A stretch of DNA of 64,000 bases from NCBI GenBank assembly GCA_040755995.1, contig JBFMAF010000010.1, positions 256,001-320,000 on the forward strand, read 5' to 3'. This DNA comes from Acidobacteriota bacterium. GTDB taxonomy: Bacteria > Acidobacteriota > CAIWXX01. The notes under the pieces are model-generated. The model saw only the letters and a list, made by a program, of their open reading frames with translations, had not been told where the DNA came from and searched no databases. The translations under genes and the position numbers were made by a program. Below are positions 18,053-28,183 of this stretch, piece by piece (positions within the stretch are counted from its first letter, which is position 1; each line of letters begins with the position of its first letter).

Positions 18053-19144
18053 ATGACTACACCGACAGTGACCGAAGCGGCAATCCTGGACGCCCTGCGC
18101 AACGTGCAGGATCCGGACCTGCACAAGAACATCGTGGACCTGGGGTTCGTCAAGCACGTCAAGATCGCGGAAAACGGCCGGGTCGCCCTGACAATCGAAC
18201 TGACGACACCAGCATGCCCCGTACGCGACCGGATGCGCGAAGATGCGCGTCGCCTCGTGTCGGCACTACCAGGCGTCAAGGCCGTCGACGTGAAGATGAC
18301 GGCCCAGGTCCGGCAGTCGCACGCGATGTCCAGGGAGATCCTCATCCCGGGTGTGCGCAACATCATCCCCATCGCCAGCGGAAAGGGGGGCGTGGGCAAG
18401 TCAACCGTGGCAGTCAACATGGCATTGGCTCTGTCGAAGATGAGCGCACGAGTGGGCCTGATGGATGCAGACGTATACGGCCCGAGCGTGCCGGGCATCA
18501 TGGGCATCCGGGAGCTGCCGCAACAGATCGGCGACAGGATCATCCCCGTGGTACAGGATGGGGTCAAGGTCATCTCCATGGGATTCTTCCTGCGCGACGA
18601 CCAGGCGGTCATGTGGCGCGGACCGATGCTCGCGAAGATGGTGGAACAGTTCCTCGGGGGCGTAGAATGGGGCGACCTCGACTACCTGATCATCGACCTG
18701 CCTCCCGGCACCGGCGACATCCAGCTCACCCTGTGCCAGCGCATCCCGTTGACCGGCGCCGCGATCGTCTCTACACCGCAGGACGTCGCACTCCGCATCG
18801 CCGAAAAGGCGATCATCATGTTCCGGCAGCTCAACACCCCCATCCTCGGCCTCATCGAAAACATGAGCCACTTCGTCTGCCGCCACTGCGGAACGCGCGA
18901 GGATATCTTCGGCTCCGGCGGGGCGCGAAGGGCCAGCGAACGGCTGGGAATCCCGTTCCTGGGTGAGATCCCGCTCGCCAGCGATATCCGCATCGACACC
19001 GACCGCGGTAATCCGTCGGTCCTGGCCGAGCCGGGCTCCGCCCACGCCCGTTCCTTCATGACTGTCGCCGAGAACCTGGCGGCTCAGGTGAGCGTCGCCA
19101 ACATGCAGCAGGAGCTCTCGGGCGCCGTACAGGTGACGTTCTAG
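18053..19144 (+). CDS. apbC: Mrp/NBP35 Fe-S cluster carrier ATPase with N-terminal DUF59 domain
   Basis: DPDLHKNIVDLG, LTTPACP, SGKGGVGKST, DADVYGPS, WRGPM, DLPPGTGD, ENMS..CRHC. Confidence 0.93.
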   Translation: MTTPTVTEAAILDALRNVQDPDLHKNIVDLGFVKHVKIAENGRVALTIELTTPACPVRDRMREDARRLVSALPGVKAVDVKMTAQVRQSHAMSREILIPGVRNIIPIASGKGGVGKSTVAVNMALALSKMSARVGLMDADVYGPSVPGIMGIRELPQQIGDRIIPVVQDGVKVISMGFFLRDDQAVMWRGPMLAKMVEQFLGGVEWGDLDYLIIDLPPGTGDIQLTLCQRIPLTGAAIVSTPQDVALRIAEKAIIMFRQLNTPILGLIENMSHFVCRHCGTREDIFGSGGARRASERLGIPFLGEIPLASDIRIDTDRGNPSVLAEPGSAHARSFMTVAENLAAQVSVANMQQELSGAVQVTF

Positions 19145-19146
19145 CC

Positions 19147-19479
19147 GTGGCCGCCATGATAGCCGCGAAGCCCATCCCGAAGGAGATCGGACGGGCGAAC
19201 ACGCAAGACGTGCGCGTCGTGTGGAACGACGGCCACGTGAGCGTATACGTCGCCCGCGACTTGCGCATGAAGTGCCCATGCGCCCTCTGCATCGAGGAGA
19301 CCAGCGGCGTCCAGGTCCTGACGGACGAGTCGGTCCCCGATGACGTTCACCCGCTCGCAATCACACTGGTGGGCCGCTACGCCATCAGCATAAACTGGAG
19401 CGACGGGCACTCGACAGGCATCTACACCTTCGAAAACCTCCGGCGGCTCTGCCGCTGTGCAGCCTGCTCCTCCCGATAG
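19147..19479 (+). CDS. DUF971 / GBBH-like N-terminal domain protein
   Basis: WNDGH, LRMKCPCALC, GRYAISINWSDGHSTGIY; typical partner of Mrp. Confidence 0.85.
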   Translation: MAAMIAAKPIPKEIGRANTQDVRVVWNDGHVSVYVARDLRMKCPCALCIEETSGVQVLTDESVPDDVHPLAITLVGRYAISINWSDGHSTGIYTFENLRRLCRCAACSSR

Positions 19480-19647
19480 CACCCGCGGGCCTGCATAGCG
19501 CGCGCGTTGCCGAGCCGGACGCAGGGGGCCCGGGCCTGTCAGGAGCGCGGCGATAACGGCACGCATGCAAACCGCGCCGGGGCCTTGAGGCTTAATGGAC
19601 GGCCCGGCGGCGCCGATCTGGTGCGCTGGTCGCCATCGAATCGGCCC

Positions 19648-19677
19648 TTGACAAGCAGATTGTACGGGTTGTACTAT
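19648..19677 (+). promoter_or_regulatory. Sigma70 promoter with TTGTAC direct repeats (putative MocR operator)
   Basis: TTGACA 19648-19653, TACTAT 19672-19677; TTGTAC at 19660 and 19669. Confidence 0.55.
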
Positions 19678-19683
19678 CGAATC

Positions 19684-21171
19684 ATGGCTGCGCATGGCAG
19701 AATCGGTCAAGCCGAAATCGTACAATCGGAACATTCCTCGCCCGCGTACCGGCAGATCAGCCATCACTTCGAAGCACTTGTGCGCAATGGAGAGCTGCGG
19801 CCGGGGGACCGATTGCCGACGGTCAGGGAGGTGGCCCGTCGCACCGGCTTCAACAAGGCGACCGTGTGCCAGGGCTTCGGTGACTTGCAGCGGCGAGGCC
19901 TTGTGGTGAGCCGCCCCGGGCGCGGAACCGTGGTCTCAGATCGACCAGGCGGTTCCGCTGTATTCCCGGTGGCGGAGCGCATCCAGGGGTTGTATCGCAG
20001 TCTCAAGCCGGATTCCGCGCGACGTGATACGCCGTCGCTCTACGACTTCGCGAGTCTCTGGCCCGAACCCGGGCTTTTTCCACTCAGAGCCCTGGGCCGC
20101 ATACTCGAACGGCTCCTGCGGGGCTCCCCTGAGCTGCTCCAGTACGGTCCTGCCCAGGGCTACCGTCCACTGCGCCGGTACCTCGAGGAACGCGCCGGCA
20201 GACTCGGCGTGGGCGAGGGCGAGGTTTTGATTGTCCAGGGATCTCAGCAGGGACTGGACCTCGTCTTTCGCACGTTCCTGAATCCGGGAGAATCGGTTGC
20301 CGTGGAATCGCCCACGTACGCCAACATCCTTCCGCAGATGGCGCTCCACCAGGCCCGCGTCGTCCCCATCCGGATGGAGGCAGATGGTCTCGCGATCGAG
20401 GAGCTGGACGCCGCAACCCGGCGGGACGGGGTAAGGGCGCTGTACTTCATGCCCAACTTCCAGAACCCCACCGGCATCACGATGTCGGAGCGCAAGAGGG
20501 TTCAGCTGGCGCGTTTCGCCGCTTCCTCAGGCCTGCTCGTTGTGGAAGATGACTTCGAGCATGATCTGCATTTCACCGGCCGCACGAAGCGGCCCGTCGC
20601 CGGACGCCATCCCGCGGCCAACGTCATCTACCTTTCGTCCTTCTCCAAGTCTCTGCTTCCGGGACTGCGGCTGGGGTGGATGGTCGTTCCGCGAGCGCTC
20701 GCTCAGCCGATCGTCCTGGCCAAGAAGTACACGGACATCTATACGTCCGTCCTTATCCAGGCGGCCCTTCTCGAATTCTGCCGCAGCGGGCAATACGATC
20801 GGCACGTTCGCCGGCTGCGGCGCGTGTATCACGACAGAACGAAGGCTGCTCGGAGCACGGTGCAGCGCTACATGCCGCGCGGGACGAGTTGCGCGGACCC
20901 GGAAGGCGGCTTCTCGCTCTGGGTGACGCTGCCGGTGGGATACGACGCCGACGCACTGGCGGCAGAGGCAGGGCATCACGGAGTGCATATCACTCCGGGT
21001 TCGATGTTCCACGCGAACGGGCGTGAGGGGGAGAGGTCCTTCCGGCTCTCTCTATCGCTCATGGACGAATCACAGATCGAGGCGGGGATCCGCATCCTCG
21101 GAAAACTCCTGCGAAGGCCTCAGGGACGGGCGAGGAGCGCCGAGGAGCTGCCGGGCACGCTTTGTCTTTGA
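19684..21171 (+). CDS. MocR/GabR family regulator (GntR HTH plus PLP aminotransferase domain), probable PdxR
   Basis: [42 protein letters not shown] lysine; directly upstream of pdxST. Confidence 0.88.
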   Translation: MAAHGRIGQAEIVQSEHSSPAYRQISHHFEALVRNGELRPGDRLPTVREVARRTGFNKATVCQGFGDLQRRGLVVSRPGRGTVVSDRPGGSAVFPVAERIQGLYRSLKPDSARRDTPSLYDFASLWPEPGLFPLRALGRILERLLRGSPELLQYGPAQGYRPLRRYLEERAGRLGVGEGEVLIVQGSQQGLDLVFRTFLNPGESVAVESPTYANILPQMALHQARVVPIRMEADGLAIEELDAATRRDGVRALYFMPNFQNPTGITMSERKRVQLARFAASSGLLVVEDDFEHDLHFTGRTKRPVAGRHPAANVIYLSSFSKSLLPGLRLGWMVVPRALAQPIVLAKKYTDIYTSVLIQAALLEFCRSGQYDRHVRRLRRVYHDRTKAARSTVQRYMPRGTSCADPEGGFSLWVTLPVGYDADALAAEAGHHGVHITPGSMFHANGREGERSFRLSLSLMDESQIEAGIRILGKLLRRPQGRARSAEELPGTLCL

Positions 21172-21185
21172 CAGGAGGATTTTTC

Positions 21186-22067
21186 ATGGAAAACGCAACA
21201 TTGAAACTGAAGACCGGTCTTGCCGAGATGCTCAAGGGCGGAGTGATCATGGACGTGACCGACGCGACCCAGGCGAAAATCGCCGAAGATGCCGGAGCCG
21301 TGTCGGTGATGGCGCTCGAGCGGGTGCCGGCAGACATCCGCGCCGAGGGCGGCATCGCGCGGATGGCCTCGCCCAGGAAGATACGCGAAATCATGGACGG
21401 CGTATCCATTCCGGTGATGGCCAAGTGCCGGATCGGCCACTTCGTGGAAGCCCAGGTGCTCGAAGCTCTCGGCGTCGACTACATCGACGAGAGCGAGGTG
21501 TTGACACCTGCCGACGAGGAACACCATATCGACAAGCACGCTTTCAAGGTCCCGTTCGTCTGCGGGTGCAGGGACCTGGGCGAGGCGCTCCGGCGTATCG
21601 CCGAAGGCGCAGCCATGATCCGCACCAAGGGCGAGGCCGGGAGCGGCAACATCGTCGAGGCCGTGAGGCATCTGCGAAAGGTCCAGCGAGATATGAAGAT
21701 CCTGCACGCGCTCCCCGAAGAGGAGCTGGTGCGGCAGTCCAAGGAAATGGGTGCGCCGTACGAGCTGGTGAAGATGGTCGCGCGCGACGCGAAGCTCCCC
21801 GTGCCGAATTTCGCGGCAGGTGGAGTCGCAACACCGGCCGATGCGGCACTCTGCATGCAGCTCGGCGCGGAGAGCGTCTTCGTCGGCTCGGGCATTTTCA
21901 AGTCCCGTGATCCGGAGAAGCGAGCAAAGGCGATAGTGAAAGCCGTGACGCACTATCGTGATCCCGAGATCCTCCTCCAGGTCTCCGAGGACCTCGGCGA
22001 GCCGATGAAAGGCATCGACGTCGCGAAGCTGGACGAGAAGGACCTGCTCCAGACCCGGGGCTGGTGA
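21186..22067 (+). CDS. pdxS: Pyridoxal 5'-phosphate synthase lyase subunit
   Basis: [50 protein letters not shown] end; AGGAGG RBS. Confidence 0.98.
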   Translation: MENATLKLKTGLAEMLKGGVIMDVTDATQAKIAEDAGAVSVMALERVPADIRAEGGIARMASPRKIREIMDGVSIPVMAKCRIGHFVEAQVLEALGVDYIDESEVLTPADEEHHIDKHAFKVPFVCGCRDLGEALRRIAEGAAMIRTKGEAGSGNIVEAVRHLRKVQRDMKILHALPEEELVRQSKEMGAPYELVKMVARDAKLPVPNFAAGGVATPADAALCMQLGAESVFVGSGIFKSRDPEKRAKAIVKAVTHYRDPEILLQVSEDLGEPMKGIDVAKLDEKDLLQTRGW

Positions 22068-22071
22068 GGAC

Positions 22072-22149
22072 GATTTCAGATCTCAGATTGCAGATTGCAG
22101 ATTTGGGGCACTTGAAATGCGGAATGCGGAGTGCGGAATGCGGAATGGG
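22072..22149. repeat. Two adjacent period-7 tandem tracts (GATTGCA-like x5; GAATGCG-like x5)
   Basis: gatttca gatctca gattgca gattgca gattt; aaatgcg gaatgcg gagtgcg gaatgcg gaatggg. Confidence 0.85.
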
Positions 22150-22215
22150 TGGCGAACCAACGATAGGGGGATGACGCCGACGGAACTGCCCGGGGCCCCA
22201 AGAACCGGTGACGAG

Positions 22216-22797
22216 ATGGTGAGAGTGGGTGTGCTTGCGTTGCAGGGTGATTTCGAGAAACATGCGATTGCCCTGCGTGCGGCGGAGGCCGATGTGATCG
22301 AAGTCCGAATGCCGTCGCAGCTGGATGGCCTCGGTGGGCTCGTGATACCGGGTGGAGAGAGCACGACGTTGCTCAAGCTGATGGAGGGCACGACGTTCTT
22401 CGAGGAGATCCCGCGCTTTCACCGGAGAGGCGGAGCCATTTTCGGAACATGCGCCGGGCTGATCCTGATTGCGAAGCGAGCGAGGAATCCCGAGCAGGCG
22501 TCCCTCGGCCTGCTCGACGTGGATGTCCTCCGCAACGGTTACGGGCGACAAGTGGACAGCTTCGAAACGACCGTACCCGTGCCAAGTCTCGGCGACCCGC
22601 CGCTCCCGATGGTCTTCATCCGCGCGCCGGTCATCGAATGGGTGGGGTCGGCTGTAGAGGTGCTCGCAACGCACGGCGGCCGCCCCGTACTTGTGCGCTC
22701 AGGACGTATCCTGGCGGCGACGTTTCACCCCGAGCTGACAAGCGACCTCCGCGTCCATCGCCTCTTCGCGGCGATGTGCACACGGCGGCCCGGGTGA
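22216..22797 (+). CDS. pdxT: Pyridoxal 5'-phosphate synthase glutaminase subunit
   Basis: GVLALQGDF, PGGESTT, FGTCAG, RNGYGRQVDSF, FIRAP, FHPEL. Confidence 0.96.
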   Translation: MVRVGVLALQGDFEKHAIALRAAEADVIEVRMPSQLDGLGGLVIPGGESTTLLKLMEGTTFFEEIPRFHRRGGAIFGTCAGLILIAKRARNPEQASLGLLDVDVLRNGYGRQVDSFETTVPVPSLGDPPLPMVFIRAPVIEWVGSAVEVLATHGGRPVLVRSGRILAATFHPELTSDLRVHRLFAAMCTRRPG

Positions 22798-22871
22798 CAT
22801 TCAGCTCCCGCCGCCGGACATCGCCGAGCGGTCAGCCATCAGGCGGGTCCGGGACGCTCCAAACGTCAGGT

Positions 22872-22900
22872 TTGACAGGCTTTCCATCCTCGTCTACCCT
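22872..22900 (+). promoter_or_regulatory. Sigma70 promoter, probably leaderless
   Basis: TTGACA, 17 bp, TACCCT; ATG 6 nt downstream. Confidence 0.55.
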
Positions 22901-22906
22901 GCGCGC

Positions 22907-23935
22907 ATGGATCGTCTTCACGCAGGCTTGGGTTCCGGAGCACACCGCTCGCCGGGCGACCTTCACGACGGTCACCGGCCGAGTGTGGCGCTGCTGATCG
23001 CCGCGGTTCTCATGAGCACCGCCTGTTTGCGGGCCGGTGGCCTCGAACCTTCACGGGCTGTGCGCTGCACGGGGTTGAGACCTGCTTCTAGACCCCCCGG
23101 CTCAGTGAGCCTTTCGCAGGGCACTGACCCGCGTCCAGACGCGCCCGCGCGTCGCCCGATCATGCTGATGGCACATCGCGGGGCGAAGAAGTTCGCCCCC
23201 GAGAACACGCTTGCCGCGATACAGAAGGCGGTCGAGCTGGGAATGGACTTCGCCGAGGTCGACGTGCAGTCGACGCGAGACGGTCACCTGGTCCTCATGC
23301 ACGACCCGGACGTGGACCGCACCACCGACGGCCGGGGTTTCGTCTACGACATGTCGCTGGGTCAGGTGAAGGCACTCGATGCGGGAGCTCGATTCCACGC
23401 GGGCTTCAAAGGGGTGAGGGTGCCGACACTGGAGGAGGCGTTCGACGCGGCGAGAGGACAGATCCAGCTCTGCATTCACTGGAAGGATGCCACGCCGGAG
23501 GCGCTGGCGAGGTCGTTCGAGCAAGCGCATGCTTGGGATTCTGCCGTTGTCCTGGGATCGGCGGGGCAGGTCGCTGCACTCAGGCGGGTGGATCCGCGCA
23601 TCCGAGTCATCACGGATGTGTATAGTTTGACAGCCTTGGAGGCCGTAGTGCAGTTGGAGGACAGGCCCTACGGCGTGTCTCCCAGCCTGAGTTGGCTGAA
23701 TGCCGAGGTGGTTGCGGAGTGCCACGCCGCTGGGATCATCGTCTTTGCGGACTTGCCCGGACCCGTGGAAGATTGTGTGCAGATAGTAACCGCCGTCGAG
23801 ATGGGGGTCGACGTCGTCCAGACTGACGATCCTGACGCCGTGCTGCGGTGCCTGGATGCTCTGGTTGGGCAAGCGGGGATCGTTCGGAAGCAGCCCCTTG
23901 CTGCGAACCCAGCGGGGAGAATACGATGGACTTGA
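22907..23935 (+). CDS. Glycerophosphodiester phosphodiesterase family protein (exported)
   Basis: AHRG, PENT, EVDV, LMHD..VDRTTDG, VPTLEE, GVDVVQTDDP. Confidence 0.88.
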   Translation: MDRLHAGLGSGAHRSPGDLHDGHRPSVALLIAAVLMSTACLRAGGLEPSRAVRCTGLRPASRPPGSVSLSQGTDPRPDAPARRPIMLMAHRGAKKFAPENTLAAIQKAVELGMDFAEVDVQSTRDGHLVLMHDPDVDRTTDGRGFVYDMSLGQVKALDAGARFHAGFKGVRVPTLEEAFDAARGQIQLCIHWKDATPEALARSFEQAHAWDSAVVLGSAGQVAALRRVDPRIRVITDVYSLTALEAVVQLEDRPYGVSPSLSWLNAEVVAECHAAGIIVFADLPGPVEDCVQIVTAVEMGVDVVQTDDPDAVLRCLDALVGQAGIVRKQPLAANPAGRIRWT

Positions 23936-23969
23936 AAGACGCGACACACGACGCGAGGAGGGCGAAGAG

Positions 23970-25346
23970 ATGAGAGCAAAGGGGTGTCTGTTCTCGGTTT
24001 GGATCTGCGCGGCACTGTTCGGCTGCACGGTCGCGTATGCGCAGAAGCCGCTCCTGATTTCGGGTGCGCTTGACGGTCTGAACCAGAGCGTCAAAATCGC
24101 GCTGAACAAGACGGACGGGCGAGGACTCGTAGTCTGGAGCCAGGGCAAGGCAGGCGCGAACTCCTATGGCCGGATCTACGCGGCCGAGCTCACGCCGCAG
24201 TCCGGTGGGTCCTACACCGCGGGCGCTCCCATGCTCATCTCCGCCAACTCAGGTTCCAACCAGCGCCCATCGGTCATGTATCTCTCGAAACTCGGCAAGT
24301 ACCTGATCACCTGGGACACGTCCTTCCGCGACTTGAGGCACTTTCTGGAGTTGGATCCGATTGACGGCCGCCCGTTCCCGCCTTCAGACGTGCTTGCGCG
24401 AACGTACACACCCGCATCAACAGGCGCCACGCAGGGTACCCTCGGCAATCTCCTCAAACTGAACGATACGGAGACCGTGCTTGCGGCAATCCCAGGGGCA
24501 TTTCAGCTGACCTCCAACGTCCTGGAGACCGGTGAGGCCGCGGTCGACAAGGCGTTCATCACGTTCCTGGGCAGCACCGAAGGAGGGGAGGATGGCCATA
24601 ACTGGGCGGCAGGACTCTGGGGAGCCCGCTGTGAGATACAGAAGAAAGGGTCGCCGGATCTCTCAGTCCCCAAGCGTGTGCAGATGTCGTCATGGGACCT
24701 GATCGCAACTGCTCCGTCCGGATTCTCTGCCGGCGGCAAGATCTACGCCGCGGGCATCCGCTTGGATGCGCTGGAATACTATGAGAATGGGCGAGGCGGT
24801 GTGTTCCGGATCAAGCCCGATAGCTTCAAGGTGGAACAGTTCATCACTACGAGTCCCAACTGGGACCCACACAAGAAGGCCCCGCCTCTGAAGACCTACG
24901 GGCAGGTCACCCCGCTGGATGCCCCCGCACAGGAGGCCGATGAAGCGGCATCTGCGGACTTCAGAATTGTGGGATTGTCTAACGTGGATCTGAACATCCT
25001 CGTCTTCTCGAGCGACATGTCGGCCGCGAGCTTTAAGAAAGTGGGCAGCGTCGCCGGGGCGAATACGATCGTGGACCAGAGATTCTTTACGATCACGGAC
25101 ACGCTGAAGGGGACGCGTCAGGTGTACGTGCTGTATCACACGACGAAACAGATGTTCATGTACCGCGCGCTTTCGTCGGCGACCGGGGCCCCCACCGGTG
25201 CCTCCGTCAAGGCCTTGAACAAGATCTCGGGGCCGCTCATCTGGATGGACACGATCGCCGTCGGCAGGGACGTGCTCGTCGTGTACTCGCAGAAGAAGAG
25301 CGACAGCCTGTACGAGGTCTACTTCAACAGGTTCGCCGTTCCCTAA
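23970..25346 (+). CDS. Hypothetical secreted protein
   Basis: GAGGAG RBS, signal peptide ending AYA-Q, 458-aa ORF with coding-like composition. Confidence 0.7.
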   Translation: MRAKGCLFSVWICAALFGCTVAYAQKPLLISGALDGLNQSVKIALNKTDGRGLVVWSQGKAGANSYGRIYAAELTPQSGGSYTAGAPMLISANSGSNQRPSVMYLSKLGKYLITWDTSFRDLRHFLELDPIDGRPFPPSDVLARTYTPASTGATQGTLGNLLKLNDTETVLAAIPGAFQLTSNVLETGEAAVDKAFITFLGSTEGGEDGHNWAAGLWGARCEIQKKGSPDLSVPKRVQMSSWDLIATAPSGFSAGGKIYAAGIRLDALEYYENGRGGVFRIKPDSFKVEQFITTSPNWDPHKKAPPLKTYGQVTPLDAPAQEADEAASADFRIVGLSNVDLNILVFSSDMSAASFKKVGSVAGANTIVDQRFFTITDTLKGTRQVYVLYHTTKQMFMYRALSSATGAPTGASVKALNKISGPLIWMDTIAVGRDVLVVYSQKKSDSLYEVYFNRFAVP

Positions 25347-25595
25347 GGGGGATATCGGCGCGCGTGCCCTGCCGCAAGACGTGAGACTGACGGCACAGGC
25401 GCAATTCCTTCAGGCCCACACGAGGCCTGAGTCCAAGAGCAGGCGGTCAACCGCGCGACAACGACGTGGGGAAATACTCCCTTGCCCGGCAATCTACGCC
25501 GTTGCTTCCGCCTCCGTCGGCCAGGGCTTGTCGGCATTCTGGAACGTCACATCGGAGGCTCGGAACGCCCTCTGCTGGATATCATGATGAACCAC

Positions 25596-25884
25596 ATGTT
25601 CACAAGAGCAATCCAACTTCCCGCGCGACCGTCCGACTCATTCTTCCTTTGGGGGCCGAGGCAGACCGGCAAGAGCACTCTCCTGCACGCCTTGTATCCC
25701 GGCGCGCATTGGAACGGCCTCTCCTCGTAGCGAATGAGGTCGTCAGTCTTGAGCAGATCGTTCCGTGAAGAGGCGGATCGTCGTCAGCCTCGAGGCCAAG
25801 CGCCGCCGTACCGAGGACGGGATCGACATCCTACCGTTCAAGGATTTCACGGCTGAGCTGTGGTCGGGGAGCTTGCTGGAATGA
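25596..25884 (+). pseudogene. AAA_14/DUF4143 ATP-binding protein remnant with a large internal deletion
   Basis: N-terminus MFTRAIQL..SFFLWGPRQTGKSTLL (Walker A) followed by the family C-terminus RRIVVSLEAKRRRTEDGIDILPFKDFTAELWSG (25765-25884). Confidence 0.75.
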
Positions 25885-25939
25885 CGAGACGTCTACCCTC
25901 AGTTTGCGAAATCACCGATTTCGCATATGTCTGCTCTAA

Positions 25940-26110
25940 CGCGAGCAGGAGGTGAGCCCTGGCGACAACCCGCCTGTCGCCATCCTCCTCTGCATCGAGA
26001 AGAGCCAACTCCTTGTCAGGTACGCCCTCGCCGGAAGGAGCAGTCAGCTCTTCGTCTCGAAGTACCAACTCGCGCTGCCGGACGAAGCGGAGATGCCCGC
26101 CTTCATCGAG
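25940..26110 (+). pseudogene. YhcG/DUF1016 PD-(D/E)xK nuclease C-terminal fragment
   Basis: PGDNPPVAILLCIEKS..VRYALAG..QLFVSKYQLALPDEAEM matches the family C-terminus; no N-terminal part present. Confidence 0.75.
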
Positions 26111-26550
26111 GTGATTCGGCGTGCCTCCGGCGCCTCGTGCGAGAACTCGATGCGGTAGGTGGCCTCCAGCGAGGGCTCGTGCCAGTGCTGCGCCCATTCG
26201 ATCACGAGCACTGAGGAGGGCGAGACCAGGTCCTCCATCGCGAGCTCCGCGATGGCTTCCTGGTTCTCCAATCGATACAGATCGACATGATGGACGGTCA
26301 AACTGCCGAAGTAGCTCTGGACGAGGGTGAAGGAGGGGCTCGTCACCGAGGCCGGATCGACGCCAAGCGCCGCCGCGAGCCCCTTCACGAACACGGTCTT
26401 GCCGCTGCCGAAATCACCGGAGAGAAATACAACCTCGCCTCCGTGCAGCAGTTGCGCCAGATCTGCGGCAAGCGCCATCGTCTCCGCTTCGGAGCAGCTC
26501 AGGTAGGAATGCGGAATGCGGAATGCGGAATGTGGAATAGAGCTGCTCAA
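26044..26550 (-). CDS. tsaE: tRNA threonylcarbamoyladenosine biosynthesis ATPase
   Basis: SEAET..LA, GDFGSGKT, VTSPSFTLVQSY, HVDLYRL, IEWA; TTG start overlapping the nnr stop (start inferred). Confidence 0.9.
   Translation of the reverse strand: MSSSIPHSAFRIPHSYLSCSEAETMALAADLAQLLHGGEVVFLSGDFGSGKTVFVKGLAAALGVDPASVTSPSFTLVQSYFGSLTVHHVDLYRLENQEAIAELAMEDLVSPSSVLVIEWAQHWHEPSLEATYRIEFSHEAPEARRITSMKAGISASSGSASWYFETKS
26506..26540. repeat. Period-7 tract (GGAATGC-like x5) at the tsaE 5' end
   Basis: ggaatgc ggaatgc ggaatgc ggaatgt ggaatag. Confidence 0.85.
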
Positions 26551-28097
26551 CGTGCGCCGCTGCACTCCCTGAAGGCAGCTGGAAGATGCTTCAGCAAATC
26601 GGTCGCCACTAGCGAGATCTCCCCGACATCGCGCGCTGCGAGATCCCCCGCGAGGCCGTGGAGATAGACGCCGAGGTTGACGACACCGGGGAGCGGCAGC
26701 GACTGCGCCATCAGCCCGCCGATCAGTCCAGTCAACACATCGCCGGTGCCGCCCGTGGCCATGCCGGGATTGCCGGTCGGGTTGACGAACACCTGTCCAG
26801 AGGGGGTCGCGATGAGTGTCCGGTAGCCCTTGAGCACGACGTGCAGCCCCAGCTCGATCGCAAGCCGTGAGGCCATATCCACGCGATCCTTGAGTACATC
26901 CGAGATGGAGATGCCGAGCAACCGGGCGAGCTCGCCCGGGTGAGGCGTAGCGATGATGTGCGGCGATCCCACGGCAGCCTGCAGCAGTCCCTGAGCGCCC
27001 GCGAAGCAGTTGACGCCGTCGGCGTCGAGGACGATCGGCTGCCGGCGCGTCCTGATGATTTCGCGAATCGCAATCACGGTAGACGGGTCGGTCGTGACGC
27101 CGGGGCCGACGACCAGCACGTCCTTTTCAGCGGCAAGCTCTTGGATGCGCCTCACGGCTTCCGACGAGATGGTGCCGTTCGGCGTTTCCGCGAGGGGCTC
27201 GGTCATGATCTCTGGAGCGCCGGCTGCCACAATCGGCAGGCAGCTTCTGGGTGTGGCCACGGTAACCAGGCCGGCTCCCGCGCGTAGTGCGGCCATTCCC
27301 GACATGATTGCAGCGCCGGTCTTTCCGATGGAGCCCGCGACGACCAGCGCGTGCCCGAAGTGGCCCTTGTGCGCGTCGCGCCGCCGAGGCGTCAGGATCG
27401 ACGCCGCGGCGGCATCCAGCAGCTCGAGTCGATGCTCGGGGATTTCATGCAGGCGCGGCGGAATGCCGATCGGAGCCACTACGACTTCGCCGCAGTATTC
27501 AGAGGCCGGCGGGAAGACATGGCATATCTTCGGGCACTGCAGAGCCACGGTGAGAGTCGCCCTCACGGTCGGCCCGAGCAGCTCGCCGGTGTCGCTCGAT
27601 AGTCCCGACGGCACGTCGATCGAGACGACTCGCCGCCCGCTGCCGTTGATGTCCTCGATCGCCGTTCCGAAAAGGCCCGACGCGGCGCTCTTGAGCCCCG
27701 TTCCGAAGATAGCGTCGACGACTAGGTCCGCGTCGATGCCGATCCAGTGCCGACGCCAGCTTTCGACGTCGGGTGTCTCCAGAACGTTGATGCCCGCGGC
27801 ACGTGCCATCCGGAGGTTGACGAGTGCATCCCCCTTGATTTCTGCGGCGGTCGCCGGAAGCACTACCCGCACGCGTCCCCCGCGTGTCGCCACATGCCGC
27901 GCGACGGCAAATCCGTCACCCCCGTTGTTGCCTTTGCCGCAGACGACGATGATGCTCCGGGCATCGGCGAAATGCTCTGAGAGCGCGCGGTAGACCTCGA
28001 TGGACGCGTTCTCCATCAGGGTCAGTCCGGTAATACCGAGCCCTTCGATCGCCGCCTTGTCGACGGCCTGCATCTGCGAGGACGTCAGTATCTTCAT
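26547..28097 (-). CDS. nnr: Bifunctional NAD(P)H-hydrate epimerase/dehydratase
   Basis: LMENA, GKGNNGGDG, DAIFGTG, DVPSG; HKGHFG, GPG, DADG, TPHPGE, GMATGGTGDVL. Confidence 0.95.
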   Translation of the reverse strand: MKILTSSQMQAVDKAAIEGLGITGLTLMENASIEVYRALSEHFADARSIIVVCGKGNNGGDGFAVARHVATRGGRVRVVLPATAAEIKGDALVNLRMARAAGINVLETPDVESWRRHWIGIDADLVVDAIFGTGLKSAASGLFGTAIEDINGSGRRVVSIDVPSGLSSDTGELLGPTVRATLTVALQCPKICHVFPPASEYCGEVVVAPIGIPPRLHEIPEHRLELLDAAAASILTPRRRDAHKGHFGHALVVAGSIGKTGAAIMSGMAALRAGAGLVTVATPRSCLPIVAAGAPEIMTEPLAETPNGTISSEAVRRIQELAAEKDVLVVGPGVTTDPSTVIAIREIIRTRRQPIVLDADGVNCFAGAQGLLQAAVGSPHIIATPHPGELARLLGISISDVLKDRVDMASRLAIELGLHVVLKGYRTLIATPSGQVFVNPTGNPGMATGGTGDVLTGLIGGLMAQSLPLPGVVNLGVYLHGLAGDLAARDVGEISLVATDLLKHLPAAFRECSGAR

Positions 28098-28183
28098 GAT
28101 GTTGCCACGTGCTTGTGTTCGGGCCTAGTCGGGTGCAGTCGTGGGCGTGAACGAAGAACGGGACGGAGGCACGGGATCCACCG

